Below are positions 44,445 to 55,084 of a stretch of 64,000 nucleotides of DNA, in pieces. Origin of the DNA: an uncultured Acidobacteriota bacterium (GTDB lineage Bacteria > Acidobacteriota > Thermoanaerobaculia > UBA5066 > Gp7-AA6); the NCBI GenBank assembly GCA_963764715.1, contig CAVXTP010000021.1, positions 224,001-288,000 on the forward strand, written 5' to 3'. The notes under the pieces were generated by a model. The model worked only from the letters and a program-made list of their open reading frames with translations, was not told the origin of the DNA and did not search any database. Numbering within the stretch: position 1 is the first letter of the stretch; the number at the start of each line of letters is the position of its first letter. The translations under genes were made by a program, and so were the position numbers.

Positions 44445-44813
44445 ATGATCCCGGAAGTCTTCGAGTGCCCCCGCTGCGAGCGGCAGTTCGTGATCGACAG
44501 CGTGCCCGACACCGGCAGCGAGGCCGTCCACTGCCCGCAGTGCAGCCGCTACCTCGGCGTGCGGGACATCGCGTTCGTGCTCCGGACCGAGCTCGACGAG
44601 ATGATCGAGCGGCTGACGTTCGAGAAGGACCGTCTCGAAAAGGACGAGGCCGTCTACACCCTGACCGACTGCGATCCCGAGATGCGTTACTACGGCCGCG
44701 AGGTCTCGCACGTCATCCAGGTGCTGCGACGGGCCCTGAAGGACCTCCGCGCGCTGAAAGATGGATATCGCCTCAATGCGGGGGCAGCCGGAGACGAAGG
44801 CCCCGGTCTTTAA
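44445..44813 (+). CDS. Hypothetical zinc-ribbon protein
   Basis: CPRC..CPQC then helical acidic C-terminus; TAGACT upstream. Confidence 0.7.
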   Translation: MIPEVFECPRCERQFVIDSVPDTGSEAVHCPQCSRYLGVRDIAFVLRTELDEMIERLTFEKDRLEKDEAVYTLTDCDPEMRYYGREVSHVIQVLRRALKDLRALKDGYRLNAGAAGDEGPGL

Positions 44814-46258
44814 CTCGTTTGGCCGCCGGTCGCGCGAGCGATCGCCGCGGCCCGAGTCAGGAATGCCCGGAGCCGGCGCAGGCTCGTCTCCTTCCCGAGA
44901 AGCTCCACGACGTCGAAGAGCGGCGCTCCCACGGTCACGCCGGTCAGGGCGAGCCGCACCGGGTGGATCAGCTTGCCCGCCGAGATCCCGTCGGCCTCCG
45001 CCGCCGCGCGGAGCGCCGCTTCGGTCGAGGCGGCGGTCCACTCGGGGAGCGCCTCCAGCCGCGCGGCGAGGGCCTCGAGGTGCCGGGCCGTGTCGGGCTT
45101 GACGTGCTTCTTGAGGCCGTCGGCGTCGTAGTCCGAGGGGTCGGCGGCGTAGGCCGAGAGCGCGCGCCCCATCTCGATCGTCGTGCGCACGCGCGTCCGG
45201 TGGAGCTCGATCGCGCGCCGGGCCACGTCCTCCGGCGGGAGGCCGCCGGCCGCCCACGGCCGGGAGCGGGCGAGGAGCTCCGCCGCCGGCAGCTTCGCGA
45301 TGTACTGCTGGTTCATCCAGAGGAGCTTCTCCGGGTCGAAAACCGAGGGAGACGCGCCGACGCGCTCGAGCGAGAACTCCCGCTCCATCTCCTCGCGCGT
45401 CAGGATCTCGCGGTCCTCGCCGGGCGCCCAGCCGAGGAGGGCGAGAAAGTTGACGAGGGCCTCGGGCAGGATGCCCTGGTCGCGCCACTCCTCGACGGCC
45501 GCGGCGCCGTGGCGCTTCGAGAGCTTCTTGCGGTCGGTGCCGAGGATCATGCCGAGGTGGGCGAAGCGGGGGATCGGCGCGCCGAGCGCCCGGAAGAGCG
45601 CGACGTGCTTGGGGGTGTTGGCGAGGTGGTCGTCGCCGCGGACGACGTGGCTGATCGCCATCTCGGTGTCGTCGACGCAGACGCAGAAATGGTAGAGCGG
45701 ATGGCCGTCGGACCGGACGAGCACGAAGTCGTCGAGGGCCTCGGCCGGAAACTCCACCCGCCCGCGGATCAGGTCGTCGACCACGATCGTCTCGTCGGGC
45801 ATCCGCAGCCGCACGACGTGCCGCTCGCCGGCGCGGGCCCGCCGGTCGCTCTCCTCGGGCGCGATGTCGCGCCCGGCGCCCGAGTAGCGGTAGGCGCGCC
45901 CGGCCGCCTCCGCCTTCTTGCGCTCGAGGTCGAGCTCCTCCGGCGTCTCGAACGCGCGGTAGGCCTTGCCCTCGCGGATGAGCCGCTCGGCGGCTTCGCG
46001 GTAGAGGTCGTAGCGGCGCGACTGGTAGAACGGGCCCTCGTCCCAGCCGAGCCCCAGCCACTCCATGGCCGACAGGATCTGCGTCGTCAAATCCTCGCGC
46101 GACCGCTCGACGTCCGTGTCCTCGATCCGGAGGATGAAGGTTCCCCGCTCGTGACGCGCGAAGAGCAGGTTGTAGAGCGCCGTCCTCGCCCCGCCGACGT
46201 GGAGTGAGCCCGTCGGCGACGGCGCGAAGCGGACGCGGGGAGGCGCGGCGGCGTTCAA
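44810..46258 (-). CDS. gltX: Glutamate--tRNA ligase
   Basis: RVRFAPSPTG, HVGG, RIEDTD, KLSKR; start approximate (TTG). Confidence 0.95.
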   Translation of the reverse strand: MNAAAPPRVRFAPSPTGSLHVGGARTALYNLLFARHERGTFILRIEDTDVERSREDLTTQILSAMEWLGLGWDEGPFYQSRRYDLYREAAERLIREGKAYRAFETPEELDLERKKAEAAGRAYRYSGAGRDIAPEESDRRARAGERHVVRLRMPDETIVVDDLIRGRVEFPAEALDDFVLVRSDGHPLYHFCVCVDDTEMAISHVVRGDDHLANTPKHVALFRALGAPIPRFAHLGMILGTDRKKLSKRHGAAAVEEWRDQGILPEALVNFLALLGWAPGEDREILTREEMEREFSLERVGASPSVFDPEKLLWMNQQYIAKLPAAELLARSRPWAAGGLPPEDVARRAIELHRTRVRTTIEMGRALSAYAADPSDYDADGLKKHVKPDTARHLEALAARLEALPEWTAASTEAALRAAAEADGISAGKLIHPVRLALTGVTVGAPLFDVVELLGKETSLRRLRAFLTRAAAIARATGGQTS

Positions 46259-46414
46259 GGGGGCCGATCCTACACCGGGTCGCGGTGATAGCCTCGGGCC
46301 GAAAATATCCGATCCACAACACGAGGGAGGTTCCGAGGTATGAGGAGAGCCCTGTCTGCGATCCTGGCCGCGGGACTGCCGCAGGCGCAGACCTCCTCGC
46401 AAGCGAAGCGACTG

Positions 46415-47722
46415 TCAGTCGAGCGGCAGCGTGAGCGAGTACGAGAACCGGCCCCGGCCGATCTCGACGAGGACGCTGCCCTTGTTGAGGTCGCGCTCGA
46501 GCGCGCGGTCGACGTCCTCGGTTCGGCGGATGGCCGTGCCGTTCAGCGCGAGGAGCTGGTCGCCGGCCTTCAGCCCCGCCTGCGCCGCGAGGCTGTCGCG
46601 GTCGATCGCCACGATCCGCACGCCGTCGTCGCCCCCGCGCAGGCCGATCCCGAGCTCCTCGCGCAGGATGCGCGAGCCGATGCCGGGCGGAGGCGCTTCG
46701 CCCTGGAGCGTGACCGTCCGCTCGCCCTCGCGGTTGCGCAGCACGACCTTGAACGGCCTTCCGGGGCCGCGGGTCGAGAGCATCGTCTCGAAGGCCTCCT
46801 GCGAGTCGACCGCCGCGCCGTCGACCGAGACGATCTGGTCGCCGACCCGCACGGCCGCGCGCGCGGCGGGGGAGTTCGGATAGACGATCTTGACGCGGAA
46901 TCCTCGCGGCCGGTTCTCCTCGCCCGAGACGAGCGTCTGGCCGCGCAGGCCCACCCACACCGGGCGGACCTCGCCGAACCTGAGCAGGTCGTCGACGATG
47001 CGCCGGGCGCGGTCGATGGGGATCGCGAAGCCGATGCCCTGAGCGCCCCCGCCGATGATGGCCGTCGCGACGCCGACCATCTCCCCGTCGACGTTGACCA
47101 GCGGGCCGCCCGAGTTGCCGGGATTGATCGAGGCGTCGGTCTGGATGAAGTCGGTGTAGGTGCGGTCGTTTTCGCCCTTGACGCTGCGCCCCGTGGCGGA
47201 GACGACGCCGGCCGTCACCGTGTGCGACAGGCCGAAGGGGTTGCCGATCGCCACGATGGTCTCGCCGATCAGGAGGTCCGACGAGGAGCCCAGCTTGATC
47301 GAGGGCAGGGGCCCGCCGGTCCGCTTCGCCCGCAGGACCGCGAGGTCGTTGTCGGCGTCCGAGCCCACCACCTCGCACTCGAGCTCCACGCCGGCCTTCG
47401 TCATGGCCGTGATCTTCGAGGCGCCCGAGACGACGTGCTCGTTGGTCAGGATGATGCCCTTCGGGTCGATGATCGCCCCCGACCCGAGCGACTGGCTCGT
47501 CCGCCGGCGGGCCCGCGGGTCCACCCCGAAGAAGAAGTCGTCGAAGATCGACGGACGGCGGCGGAGCGTCTGTTCCGCCGAGATGTTGACGACGGCCGGC
47601 GCGACTTTCTCGACTACGAGCACGATCTCGCTGCGCCGGGTCGGCAGGGGAGCGCCCGCGGCGGGCAGGGCCGCCGTGGCCGCGGCGAGCAGGAGGGCGA
47701 AGGGCCTTTTCACGGACTGCAC
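46415..47722 (-). CDS. htrA: HtrA/DegP-family serine protease with two PDZ domains
   Basis: LTNEHV, NDLAVL, IQTDASINPGNSGGPL. Confidence 0.9.
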   Translation of the reverse strand: MQSVKRPFALLLAAATAALPAAGAPLPTRRSEIVLVVEKVAPAVVNISAEQTLRRRPSIFDDFFFGVDPRARRRTSQSLGSGAIIDPKGIILTNEHVVSGASKITAMTKAGVELECEVVGSDADNDLAVLRAKRTGGPLPSIKLGSSSDLLIGETIVAIGNPFGLSHTVTAGVVSATGRSVKGENDRTYTDFIQTDASINPGNSGGPLVNVDGEMVGVATAIIGGGAQGIGFAIPIDRARRIVDDLLRFGEVRPVWVGLRGQTLVSGEENRPRGFRVKIVYPNSPAARAAVRVGDQIVSVDGAAVDSQEAFETMLSTRGPGRPFKVVLRNREGERTVTLQGEAPPPGIGSRILREELGIGLRGGDDGVRIVAIDRDSLAAQAGLKAGDQLLALNGTAIRRTEDVDRALERDLNKGSVLVEIGRGRFSYSLTLPLD

Positions 47723-47752
47723 AACGGCGGAGTCTATGGCGTGATTCCGCCC

Positions 47753-47782
47753 AAAAGAAAAGCCCCGCCCGGGGGCGGGGCC
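47753..47782 (-). terminator. Rho-independent terminator after hsp20
   Basis: Minus strand GCCCCGCCC-CC-GGGCGGGGC then TTTTCTTTT. Confidence 0.8.
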
Positions 47783-47801
47783 AACGATGGAGCGTCCGGG
47801 G

Positions 47802-48269
47802 TCACTTCGACTTCTTGACGTCGATCGTCGAGGGCGAGGCCTCTCCGGTGATCTTGATCGTCCGGGGCTTGGCGTCCTCGCGCTTCGGGAGCTCCACCTG
47901 GAGCAGGCCGTTGGTGAACCGGGCCTGGATCTTCTCGCGGTCGACGTTGTTCGGCAGGCTGAAGCTGCGGACGAACTGTCCGTAGGAGCGCTCGACGCGG
48001 TGGTAGGCCTTGTCGGCGGACTCCTTCTCGAACTGGCGCTCGCCCGAGAGCGTGAGCATGCCGTTCTCGGTCTGGATGGAGATCTGGTCCTCGCGGAAGC
48101 CCGGCAGCTCGGCCGTGATCAGGATCCGGTCCTTCTCCTCGGCGATGTCGACGGGGGGCGCCCAGGCGGCGAGGCTCTCGTCGCGCCGCTCGGTCGGCCC
48201 GAAGACCCGGCTCAGCCGGTCCTGCAGGGAAGAGATCTCGCGATAGGGGTCGAAACGCATCAGATTCAT
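47802..48269 (-). CDS. Hsp20/alpha-crystallin small heat-shock protein
   Basis: AAGGAGG RBS; PPVDI, ERSYGQFVRSFSLP, NGLL. Confidence 0.93.
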   Translation of the reverse strand: MNLMRFDPYREISSLQDRLSRVFGPTERRDESLAAWAPPVDIAEEKDRILITAELPGFREDQISIQTENGMLTLSGERQFEKESADKAYHRVERSYGQFVRSFSLPNNVDREKIQARFTNGLLQVELPKREDAKPRTIKITGEASPSTIDVKKSK

Positions 48270-48291
48270 GACGTCCTCCTTGAATGGTGGG

Positions 48292-50907
48292 TTACACGGT
48301 GGATACGGGAACGAACGATTCCTTCTTCTCGACGGCGAGCGACGCGCCGTCGGGGGAGACCGTGAGCACGGCGGCGTCCCCCGCCTGGAGCCGGCCCGCC
48401 AGGATCTGCTCGGCGAGGCTCCCGATGACCTGCTTCTGGATGATTCGCTTGAGCGGGCGGGCGCCGAACGTGGGGTCGTAGCCCCGGCCGGCGAGCAGCC
48501 GCCGCGCCTCGGGCGTCCACGAGAGGTCGATGCCGCGGTCGCGGACCGTTTTCGCCACGGTCTCGAGCTGGACCTCGACGATCTTCTCGATCTCGTCGCG
48601 GGTCAGGCGGTGGAAGACGATGACGTCGTCGATGCGGTTGAAGAACTCGGGCCGGAAGTGCCGGCGGAGCGCCTCCTCGATCTTCGCCCGGACCTCTTCC
48701 TCGTCCCGCGTGGACTCCTCGGCGATCCACTCCGAGCCGAGGTTCGACGTCATGATGATGACGGTGTTCTTGAACGAGACGACGCGCCCCTTGCCGTCCG
48801 TCAGCCGGCCGTCGTCGAGGACCTGGAGCAGGACGTTGAAGACGTCGGGGTGGGCCTTCTCGATCTCGTCGAAGAGGACGACGGCGTACGGCCGGCGCCG
48901 GACGGCCTCGGTCAGGCGGCCGCCCTCCTCGTAGCCGACGTAGCCCGGCGGCGCGCCGATCATGCGGGCGACCGCGTGCTTCTCCATGTACTCGGACATG
49001 TCGAGCCGGACCATCGCGTGCTCGTCGTCGAACAGGAACTCCGCGAGCGCCCGCGCGAGCTCGGTCTTGCCGACGCCGGTCGGGCCGACGAAGAGAAACG
49101 AGCCGAGCGGCCGGTTCGGGTCGGAGAGCCCGGCGCGCGAGCGGCGCACGGCGTCGGAGATGGCCTTGACGGCCTCGTCCTGCCCGATGACCCGGGCGTG
49201 GAGGCGGTCCTCCATCTTGAGGAGCTTCCGGGACTCGCTTTCGATCATCCGCTCGACGGGCACGCCGGTCCACTTGGAGACGACCGCGGCGATGTCCTCC
49301 TCGGTGACCTCCTCGCGCAGCATCGGGTGGCCCTTCTGGAGGTCCGCGAGCTTCGCGTTCTCGGCGGCGAGGTCCTTCTCGAGCTGGGGCAGGCGCCCGT
49401 AGCGCAGCTCTGCGACCTTCTGCAGGTCGCCCTGGCGCTCGGCCTCCACCGCCTCGAGCTTGACTTTTTCGAGCGTCTCCTTGATCTGGCCGAGCTTCTG
49501 GATGCGCTCTTTCTCGGCGGTCCAGCGCGCCCGGAGGCCGGAGGCCTGTTCCCGCGCCTCGGAGAGCTCCTTCTCGAGCGCCTCGAGCCGGTCCCCGGCC
49601 TCCTTCGTCTTCTCCTTCTGGAGGGCGCGCTTCTCGATCTCGAGATTGACGATCCGGCGGTCGACCGCGTCGATCTCGACCGGGACGGAATCGATCTGGG
49701 TCCGCAGGCGCGCCCCGGCCTCGTCGATCAGGTCGATCGCCTTGTCCGGAAGGAACCGGTCGGAGATGTAGCGGTGGGACAGGCGGGCCGCCGCGACCAG
49801 GGCGCCGTCGGTGATCCGGACCCCGTGGTGGATCTCGTAGCGTTCCTGCAGGCCGCGAAGGATCGCGATCGTGTCGTCGACGGTCGGCTCCTCGACGTAC
49901 ACGGGCTGGAAGCGCCGCTCGAGGGCCGCGTCCTTCTCGATGTGCTTCTGGTACTCGTTCAACGTGGTCGCGCCGATCGCGCGGAGCTCGCCGCGCGCCA
50001 GCGCGGGCTTGAGCATGTTCGAGGCGTCCATCGCCCCCTCGGCGGCGCCGGCCCCGATGAGCGTGTGGAGCTCGTCGATGAAGAGGACGATCGTCCCCTG
50101 CGCCTCCTCGATCTCCTTGAGGACGGCCTTCAGCCGGTCCTCGAACTCTCCGCGGTACTTGGCGCCGGCGATCATGGCGCCGAGGTCGAGCGAGACGACG
50201 CGCTTGTTCTTCAGGCCCTCCGGCACGTCGCCCATGTGGATGCGGCGGGCGAGCCCTTCGACGATGGCCGTCTTGCCGACGCCGGGCTCGCCGATGAGAA
50301 CGGGATTGTTCTTGGTCCGGCGCGAGAGGACCTGGATGACGCGGCGGATCTCCTCGTCGCGGCCGATGACCGGGTCGATCTTTCCGCGGCGGGCGAGGTC
50401 CGTCAGGTCGCGCGTGTAGCGCTTCAGGGCCTGGTACTTGTCTTCGGGGTTGGGGTCGGTGATCCGGGCCGAGCCGCGGACCTCCTTCAGGGCCTTCAGC
50501 AGGGCGTCCTTCTTGACGCCGGCCTTCGCGAGCCGCTTCGCCGTCTCGGCGTCGGACTCGGCGAGGGCGAGCAGGAAGTGCTCGCTCGAGACGTACTCGT
50601 CGCCGAACTCCTTGGCGATCTCGAAGGCGCGATCGAAGACCTTGTTGAGGTCGCGCGCGAGGAGGGGATCGGCCGAGGCGCCGGAAACCTTCGGCCGGCC
50701 CTCGAGGTCGGACTCGATCTGCTGCGCGAGCGCCTCGGGGTTGGCGCCGAGCTTCTGAAGGATGGGCACGACCACCCCCTCGCTCTGCCGAAGCAGGGCG
50801 AGCAGGAGGTGGTCGCCCGTCAGCTCCGCATTGCCTCGGGCGCGGGCGTCCCTCTGGGCTTCCTGGATGGCCTCCTGGGCTTTGATCGTCAACTGGTCGA
50901 AACGCAT
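48292..50907 (-). CDS. clpB: ATP-dependent chaperone ClpB
   Basis: GEPGVGKT and GPTGVGKT Walker A motifs; coiled-coil middle domain; 871 aa. Confidence 0.97.
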   Translation of the reverse strand: MRFDQLTIKAQEAIQEAQRDARARGNAELTGDHLLLALLRQSEGVVVPILQKLGANPEALAQQIESDLEGRPKVSGASADPLLARDLNKVFDRAFEIAKEFGDEYVSSEHFLLALAESDAETAKRLAKAGVKKDALLKALKEVRGSARITDPNPEDKYQALKRYTRDLTDLARRGKIDPVIGRDEEIRRVIQVLSRRTKNNPVLIGEPGVGKTAIVEGLARRIHMGDVPEGLKNKRVVSLDLGAMIAGAKYRGEFEDRLKAVLKEIEEAQGTIVLFIDELHTLIGAGAAEGAMDASNMLKPALARGELRAIGATTLNEYQKHIEKDAALERRFQPVYVEEPTVDDTIAILRGLQERYEIHHGVRITDGALVAAARLSHRYISDRFLPDKAIDLIDEAGARLRTQIDSVPVEIDAVDRRIVNLEIEKRALQKEKTKEAGDRLEALEKELSEAREQASGLRARWTAEKERIQKLGQIKETLEKVKLEAVEAERQGDLQKVAELRYGRLPQLEKDLAAENAKLADLQKGHPMLREEVTEEDIAAVVSKWTGVPVERMIESESRKLLKMEDRLHARVIGQDEAVKAISDAVRRSRAGLSDPNRPLGSFLFVGPTGVGKTELARALAEFLFDDEHAMVRLDMSEYMEKHAVARMIGAPPGYVGYEEGGRLTEAVRRRPYAVVLFDEIEKAHPDVFNVLLQVLDDGRLTDGKGRVVSFKNTVIIMTSNLGSEWIAEESTRDEEEVRAKIEEALRRHFRPEFFNRIDDVIVFHRLTRDEIEKIVEVQLETVAKTVRDRGIDLSWTPEARRLLAGRGYDPTFGARPLKRIIQKQVIGSLAEQILAGRLQAGDAAVLTVSPDGASLAVEKKESFVPVSTV

Positions 50908-50934
50908 GGTGTTACCTGCCTTCCGGGAGCCTGA

Positions 50935-51001
50935 ATCCTATAGATATGAGTGTATCATTGTCAAGTCACATACGTAGAAATATTAGTCAAATAGACTCAA
51001 T
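50935..51001 (-). promoter_or_regulatory. clpB promoter with two HAIR-like inverted repeats
   Basis: Minus strand TTGACA-18 nt-TAGGAT; CTTGACA-N7-ACTCATA (50945-50965) and ATTGAGT-N7-ACTAATA (50981-51001) versus consensus CTTGAGT-N7-ACTCAAG. Confidence 0.75.
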
Positions 51002-51004
51002 AAA

Positions 51005-51685
51005 TTACGCCACGGTTCGCCGGGGATCGACGAGGCCCGCCTCTTCGAACCCACGCGCGCGGAGGAGACACGAATCGCAACCGCCGCAGGGCTCCCCGCC
51101 GGGCCCCGGGTCATAGCAGGAGGAGGTCGACGCAAAGTCGAGGCCGAGATCGGCGGCCCGCCGGACGATCTCGGCCTTCGTCATCCGGAGAAGAGGCGCG
51201 TGAATGCGAAAGCGTTCGCCCTCCGCTCCGGCGCGCGTGCCGAGGTTGGCCGTCCGCTCGAACGCCTCGAGAAACTCGGGCCGGCAGTCGGGATAGCCCG
51301 AGTAGTCGAGGGCGTTGGCGCCGATGAAGATGTCGAAGGCCGAGATCGCCTCGCCCCACGACACCGCGTGCGCCAGGAAGATGGTGTTGCGCGCCGGAAC
51401 GTAGGTCACGGGGATCGGCTCGCGGTGCAGGGCGTGGCGCGGGACCGGGACCGTCGGGTCGGTCAGGGCCGAGGCGCCCGCCGCGGGGAAATCGACCTTC
51501 ACCATGCGGTGCGCGCGCACGCCGGCGGCCGAGGCGATCCACCGCGCGCACTCGAGCTCGATCGCGTGGCGCTGACCGTAGTCGAACGAGATGGCGTGGA
51601 GGTCGAACCCGCGTTCGCGCGCGATCAGCAGGCTCGTTGCCGAGTCGAGGCCGCCCGAGAGAAGGACGACGGCCTTCGGTTTCAT
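51005..51685 (-). CDS. queC: 7-cyano-7-deazaguanine synthase
   Basis: SGGLDS, TYVPARN, YPDCR, CGGCDSC. Confidence 0.96.
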   Translation of the reverse strand: MKPKAVVLLSGGLDSATSLLIARERGFDLHAISFDYGQRHAIELECARWIASAAGVRAHRMVKVDFPAAGASALTDPTVPVPRHALHREPIPVTYVPARNTIFLAHAVSWGEAISAFDIFIGANALDYSGYPDCRPEFLEAFERTANLGTRAGAEGERFRIHAPLLRMTKAEIVRRAADLGLDFASTSSCYDPGPGGEPCGGCDSCLLRARGFEEAGLVDPRRTVA

Positions 51686-52335
51686 CGCCCCGGAACGTCT
51701 CCCCAGATCACCTTGTGGAGCTGGAGGCCGAGGCGGATCGGGCGTCCCGAGTCGCGCACCCAGGCGGCGAGGTCCTCGGCCGGGAGGGTGCCCCAGGCCG
51801 GGGAGAACGTGACGACGTTCGACCGGTCGAGATCGCGCTCGCGGACGAGCGCGAGCGACCAGTCGAAATCGCGGCGGTCGGCGAGGACGAACTTGAGCTC
51901 GTCGTGGGGCTGGAGCCGCTCGAGGTTTTCGGGGAGGTTGGCGTGCTGCATTGCGCTGCCGGGCGCCTTGACGTCGACGATCTTGACGACCCGCGGGTCC
52001 ACGCGGTCGAGGGCGACGTGGCCGCCCGTCTCGAGGAGCACGGTCTTCCCGGCCTCGAGGAGGCGGTCCATGAGCGGGTAGACGGCGTCCTGCTCGAGCG
52101 GCTCGCCGCCGGTGATCTCGACGAGCCCGGTCTCCATCGCCAGCGCCCGCGCGGCCGCCTCCGACACCGGCATGTCGCGGCCGCCGTGAAAGGCGTAGGC
52201 CGTGTCGCACCAGACGCAGCGCAGCGCGCAGCCCGTCAGCCGCACGAAGGCGCACGGCAGGCCCGCCCGGGTCGACTCGCCCTGGATCGACTTGAAGATC
52301 TCGGTGATCTTCAGCGACGGATCGCTCGCGCTCAT
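51682..52335 (-). CDS. queE: 7-carboxy-7-deazaguanine synthase (radical SAM)
   Basis: EIFKSIQGE, GCALRCVWCDT, TGGEPL, LQLHK. Confidence 0.93.
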   Translation of the reverse strand: MSASDPSLKITEIFKSIQGESTRAGLPCAFVRLTGCALRCVWCDTAYAFHGGRDMPVSEAAARALAMETGLVEITGGEPLEQDAVYPLMDRLLEAGKTVLLETGGHVALDRVDPRVVKIVDVKAPGSAMQHANLPENLERLQPHDELKFVLADRRDFDWSLALVRERDLDRSNVVTFSPAWGTLPAEDLAAWVRDSGRPIRLGLQLHKVIWGDVPGR

Positions 52336-52724
52336 TCGACGAGAAGCTTTCCGTGCAGCATGTTCATGCCGCAGGTGAACTCGAACTCGCCCGTCCGGTC
52401 GGGGACGATCTCGACCTCCGTCTTCGCGAAGGCCGGGAGGGCGCGCCGGACCCCGAAGTCCGGGAAGACGATCTCGTCGCTGCACGGGCTCGACTCCCGG
52501 CGGTCGAAAACGAGGCGCAGCGGGACGCCCCGGCGCGCGACGATCAGGTCGGGCGTGTAGCCGCCCTTCACGACGACCGTCACCTCCTGGGAGCCGGGCC
52601 CCGCCACGGCCGAAGCCGCCGCCCGCCGCTTGCCGAAGAAGAAGACGTAGATCCCGGCGAGGAGAAGGGCGCCGGCGCCGACCGCCGCGATCCGGTCGGC
52701 CGTCCAGACGACGGCGGGGCTCAC
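52332..52724 (-). CDS. Membrane-anchored cupredoxin-domain protein
   Basis: N-terminal TM helix; [16 protein letters not shown]. Confidence 0.88.
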   Translation of the reverse strand: MSPAVVWTADRIAAVGAGALLLAGIYVFFFGKRRAAASAVAGPGSQEVTVVVKGGYTPDLIVARRGVPLRLVFDRRESSPCSDEIVFPDFGVRRALPAFAKTEVEIVPDRTGEFEFTCGMNMLHGKLLVE

Positions 52725-55033
52725 ACGAGCCTCCGTCGCGCGAGGCGCAGGCTGTTGCCGACGACCGAGACGGAGGAGGCGGCCATCGCCGCCGAGGCGA
52801 TCATCGGCGAGAGCATCCAGCCGAGCACCGGGTAGAGGACCCCCGCGGCGATCGGGATGCCGAGGACGTTGTAGAGGAAAGCGAACAGGAGGTTCTGGCG
52901 GATCGTCGCCAGCGTCGCCCGCGACAGGCCGATCGCCGTCGCCACGAGCTCGAGGCTGCCGCCGACGAGCGTCACGTCGGAGGCCTCGATCGCGACGTCC
53001 GCGCCGGCCCCGATGGCGATGCCGACGTCGGCCTGGGCGAGCGCGGGGGCGTCGTTGACGCCGTCGCCGACCATGGCCACGACCTCGCCCCGCTCCTGGA
53101 GCTCGCGGACCTTCGCGGCCTTGTCGCCCGGGAGGACCTGCGAAAAGACCTCGGGAATGCCGACGCGCCGGGCGACGGCGCGGGCGGTTTCCTCGCGATC
53201 CCCCGTCAGCATCGCGACCTTGAGGCCGCGGCCGCGAAGGCTCGCGATCGCGGCGGCGGCGCCGGGCTTCTCGCGGTCCGCCACGGCGAGAAGCCCCAGG
53301 AGCGTTCCGTCGGCCGCGACGAGCAGGGGGGTCTTGCCCTCCTCCGAGAACCGCGCGATCTCCTCGGCGACCGGGGCGAGGTCGACGCCTTCGCCCTCGA
53401 GGAACCGGGCGTTGCCCACGAGGACCCGGCGCCCCCCGACGCGGCCGGCGACGCCGAGACCCGTGCGGGACTCGAACGCGTCGGCCCGGGGCAGCGCGAT
53501 GCCCTTTTCGCCCGCCGCGGCGACGAGGGCTTCCGCGAGCGGGTGGGCCGAGCCCTTCTCGAGCGCCGCGGCGAGGCCGAGGAGCTCTTCGTCGCCGACT
53601 CCCGCGACGTGGACGCGCTCGGTCAGGCGGGGCCGACCCTCGGTCACCGTGCCGGTCTTGTCGAGGAGGACGAGGGTGATGCGCCGGGCCTTCTCGAGCG
53701 CGGCGGCGTTTCGGAAGAGAATGCCGGAGCGCGCGCCGCGCCCGGTCCCGACGAGGATCGCCGTGGGAGTCGCGAGGCCGAGCGCGCAGGGACAGGCGAT
53801 GATCAGGACCGAGGCGAGGGCGATCGTCGCGAAGAGCGCGCGGGGCTCGGGCCCCAGGACGTACCAGGCGACCCAGGTCACGACCCCGATCCCGAGGACG
53901 ACCGGGACGAAGACGCCCGAGATGCGGTCCGCGAGCTTCTGGATCGGCGGCTTCGAGGCCTGCGCCTGCTCGACGAGCCGCACGATCTGCGCGAGCGCGG
54001 TCGCGGCGCCGACCGCCGTGGCCTCCATGTCGAAGACGCCCTCGCCGTTCAACGTCCCGCCGATGACGCGGTCGCCCTCGGCCTTGGCGACCGGGATCGA
54101 CTCGCCCGTCACCATGGACTCGTCGACCGACGAGGCGCCCGAGCGCACGACCCCGTCCACGGGCACCGCGTCGCCCGGCTTGACGCGCAGCCGGTCGCCC
54201 GCGCGGACCTCGGCGAGCGGGACCTCCGTCTCGGCGTCGCCGTCGATCCGCCGCGCCGTCTTGGGCGCGAGGTCGAGGAGCTTTCGGATCGCGGCCGACG
54301 TCCGGCCCCGGGCGCGCGTTTCGAGATACCGGCCGAGAAGGACGAGCGTCAGGATGACCCCGACGGCCTCGTAGTACACGTGCCCCATGCCCGCGTTCGC
54401 CGAGGCCGGCGCGAGGGCGTCGGGAAAGAGGGTCGACGCGACCGACAGCGCGAGGGCCGCCGTCGTTCCGATCGCGATGAGGGTGTCCATGTTCGCCGTC
54501 CGGTGCGCCAGGGTGCGCACGGCGCCCGAGAGAAACGGCGAGCCCGCCCAGAAGTAGACGGGCAGCGTCAGGGCGAGGAGGGCCCAGTTGCGGCCGGGGA
54601 AGTGGAGGTCGGCCATCGACACGACGACGACGGGCAAGGTCAGGGCCGCCGCCGCGAGCGTGCGCCGGAGGACCTTGCGCGTCTCGCGCGCGGCCGCGGC
54701 GTCCAGATCGGACGGGGCGGTTTCGTCCGCGGGCTTCGCGTCGTAGCCGCTGCCGCGGACGGCCTCGATCAGCCTCGGCCGGTCGAGGTTGCGGCCCCGG
54801 ACCTCGGCCCGCGCGGTGGCGAGGTTGACCGACGCCTCCTCGACGCCGGGCACGGCGGAGAGCGCCTTCTCGATCGTGTTGACGCAGGAGGCGCAGTGCA
54901 TGCCCTGGATCGCGAGGGTCAGGCCGGGCGCGTCGGAGGCCGGCCGCTTCGGCGCCGGCGTGCCCCCCCCGTGGACGGGCAGGGCCGTCGCGGGCTTCGG
55001 GGGCGCGTCGGGGGCCGGGGAGCGGCGGGACAT
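52721..55033 (-). CDS. copA: Cu(I)-translocating P1B-type ATPase
   Basis: [33 protein letters not shown] and MAASS. Confidence 0.93.
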   Translation of the reverse strand: MSRRSPAPDAPPKPATALPVHGGGTPAPKRPASDAPGLTLAIQGMHCASCVNTIEKALSAVPGVEEASVNLATARAEVRGRNLDRPRLIEAVRGSGYDAKPADETAPSDLDAAAARETRKVLRRTLAAAALTLPVVVVSMADLHFPGRNWALLALTLPVYFWAGSPFLSGAVRTLAHRTANMDTLIAIGTTAALALSVASTLFPDALAPASANAGMGHVYYEAVGVILTLVLLGRYLETRARGRTSAAIRKLLDLAPKTARRIDGDAETEVPLAEVRAGDRLRVKPGDAVPVDGVVRSGASSVDESMVTGESIPVAKAEGDRVIGGTLNGEGVFDMEATAVGAATALAQIVRLVEQAQASKPPIQKLADRISGVFVPVVLGIGVVTWVAWYVLGPEPRALFATIALASVLIIACPCALGLATPTAILVGTGRGARSGILFRNAAALEKARRITLVLLDKTGTVTEGRPRLTERVHVAGVGDEELLGLAAALEKGSAHPLAEALVAAAGEKGIALPRADAFESRTGLGVAGRVGGRRVLVGNARFLEGEGVDLAPVAEEIARFSEEGKTPLLVAADGTLLGLLAVADREKPGAAAAIASLRGRGLKVAMLTGDREETARAVARRVGIPEVFSQVLPGDKAAKVRELQERGEVVAMVGDGVNDAPALAQADVGIAIGAGADVAIEASDVTLVGGSLELVATAIGLSRATLATIRQNLLFAFLYNVLGIPIAAGVLYPVLGWMLSPMIASAAMAASSVSVVGNSLRLARRRLV

Positions 55034-55084
55034 GCCAAAAGCCTATCGCGTCGCCGCGCGCCGCGCGGCGTAGACTGCGGCCAC

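Noticed and set aside
51005-52335. queC/queE as a Dpd or QatABCD-type defence system
   Set aside because: Canonical-length housekeeping sequences with no dpdA, TatD or ATPase partners nearby
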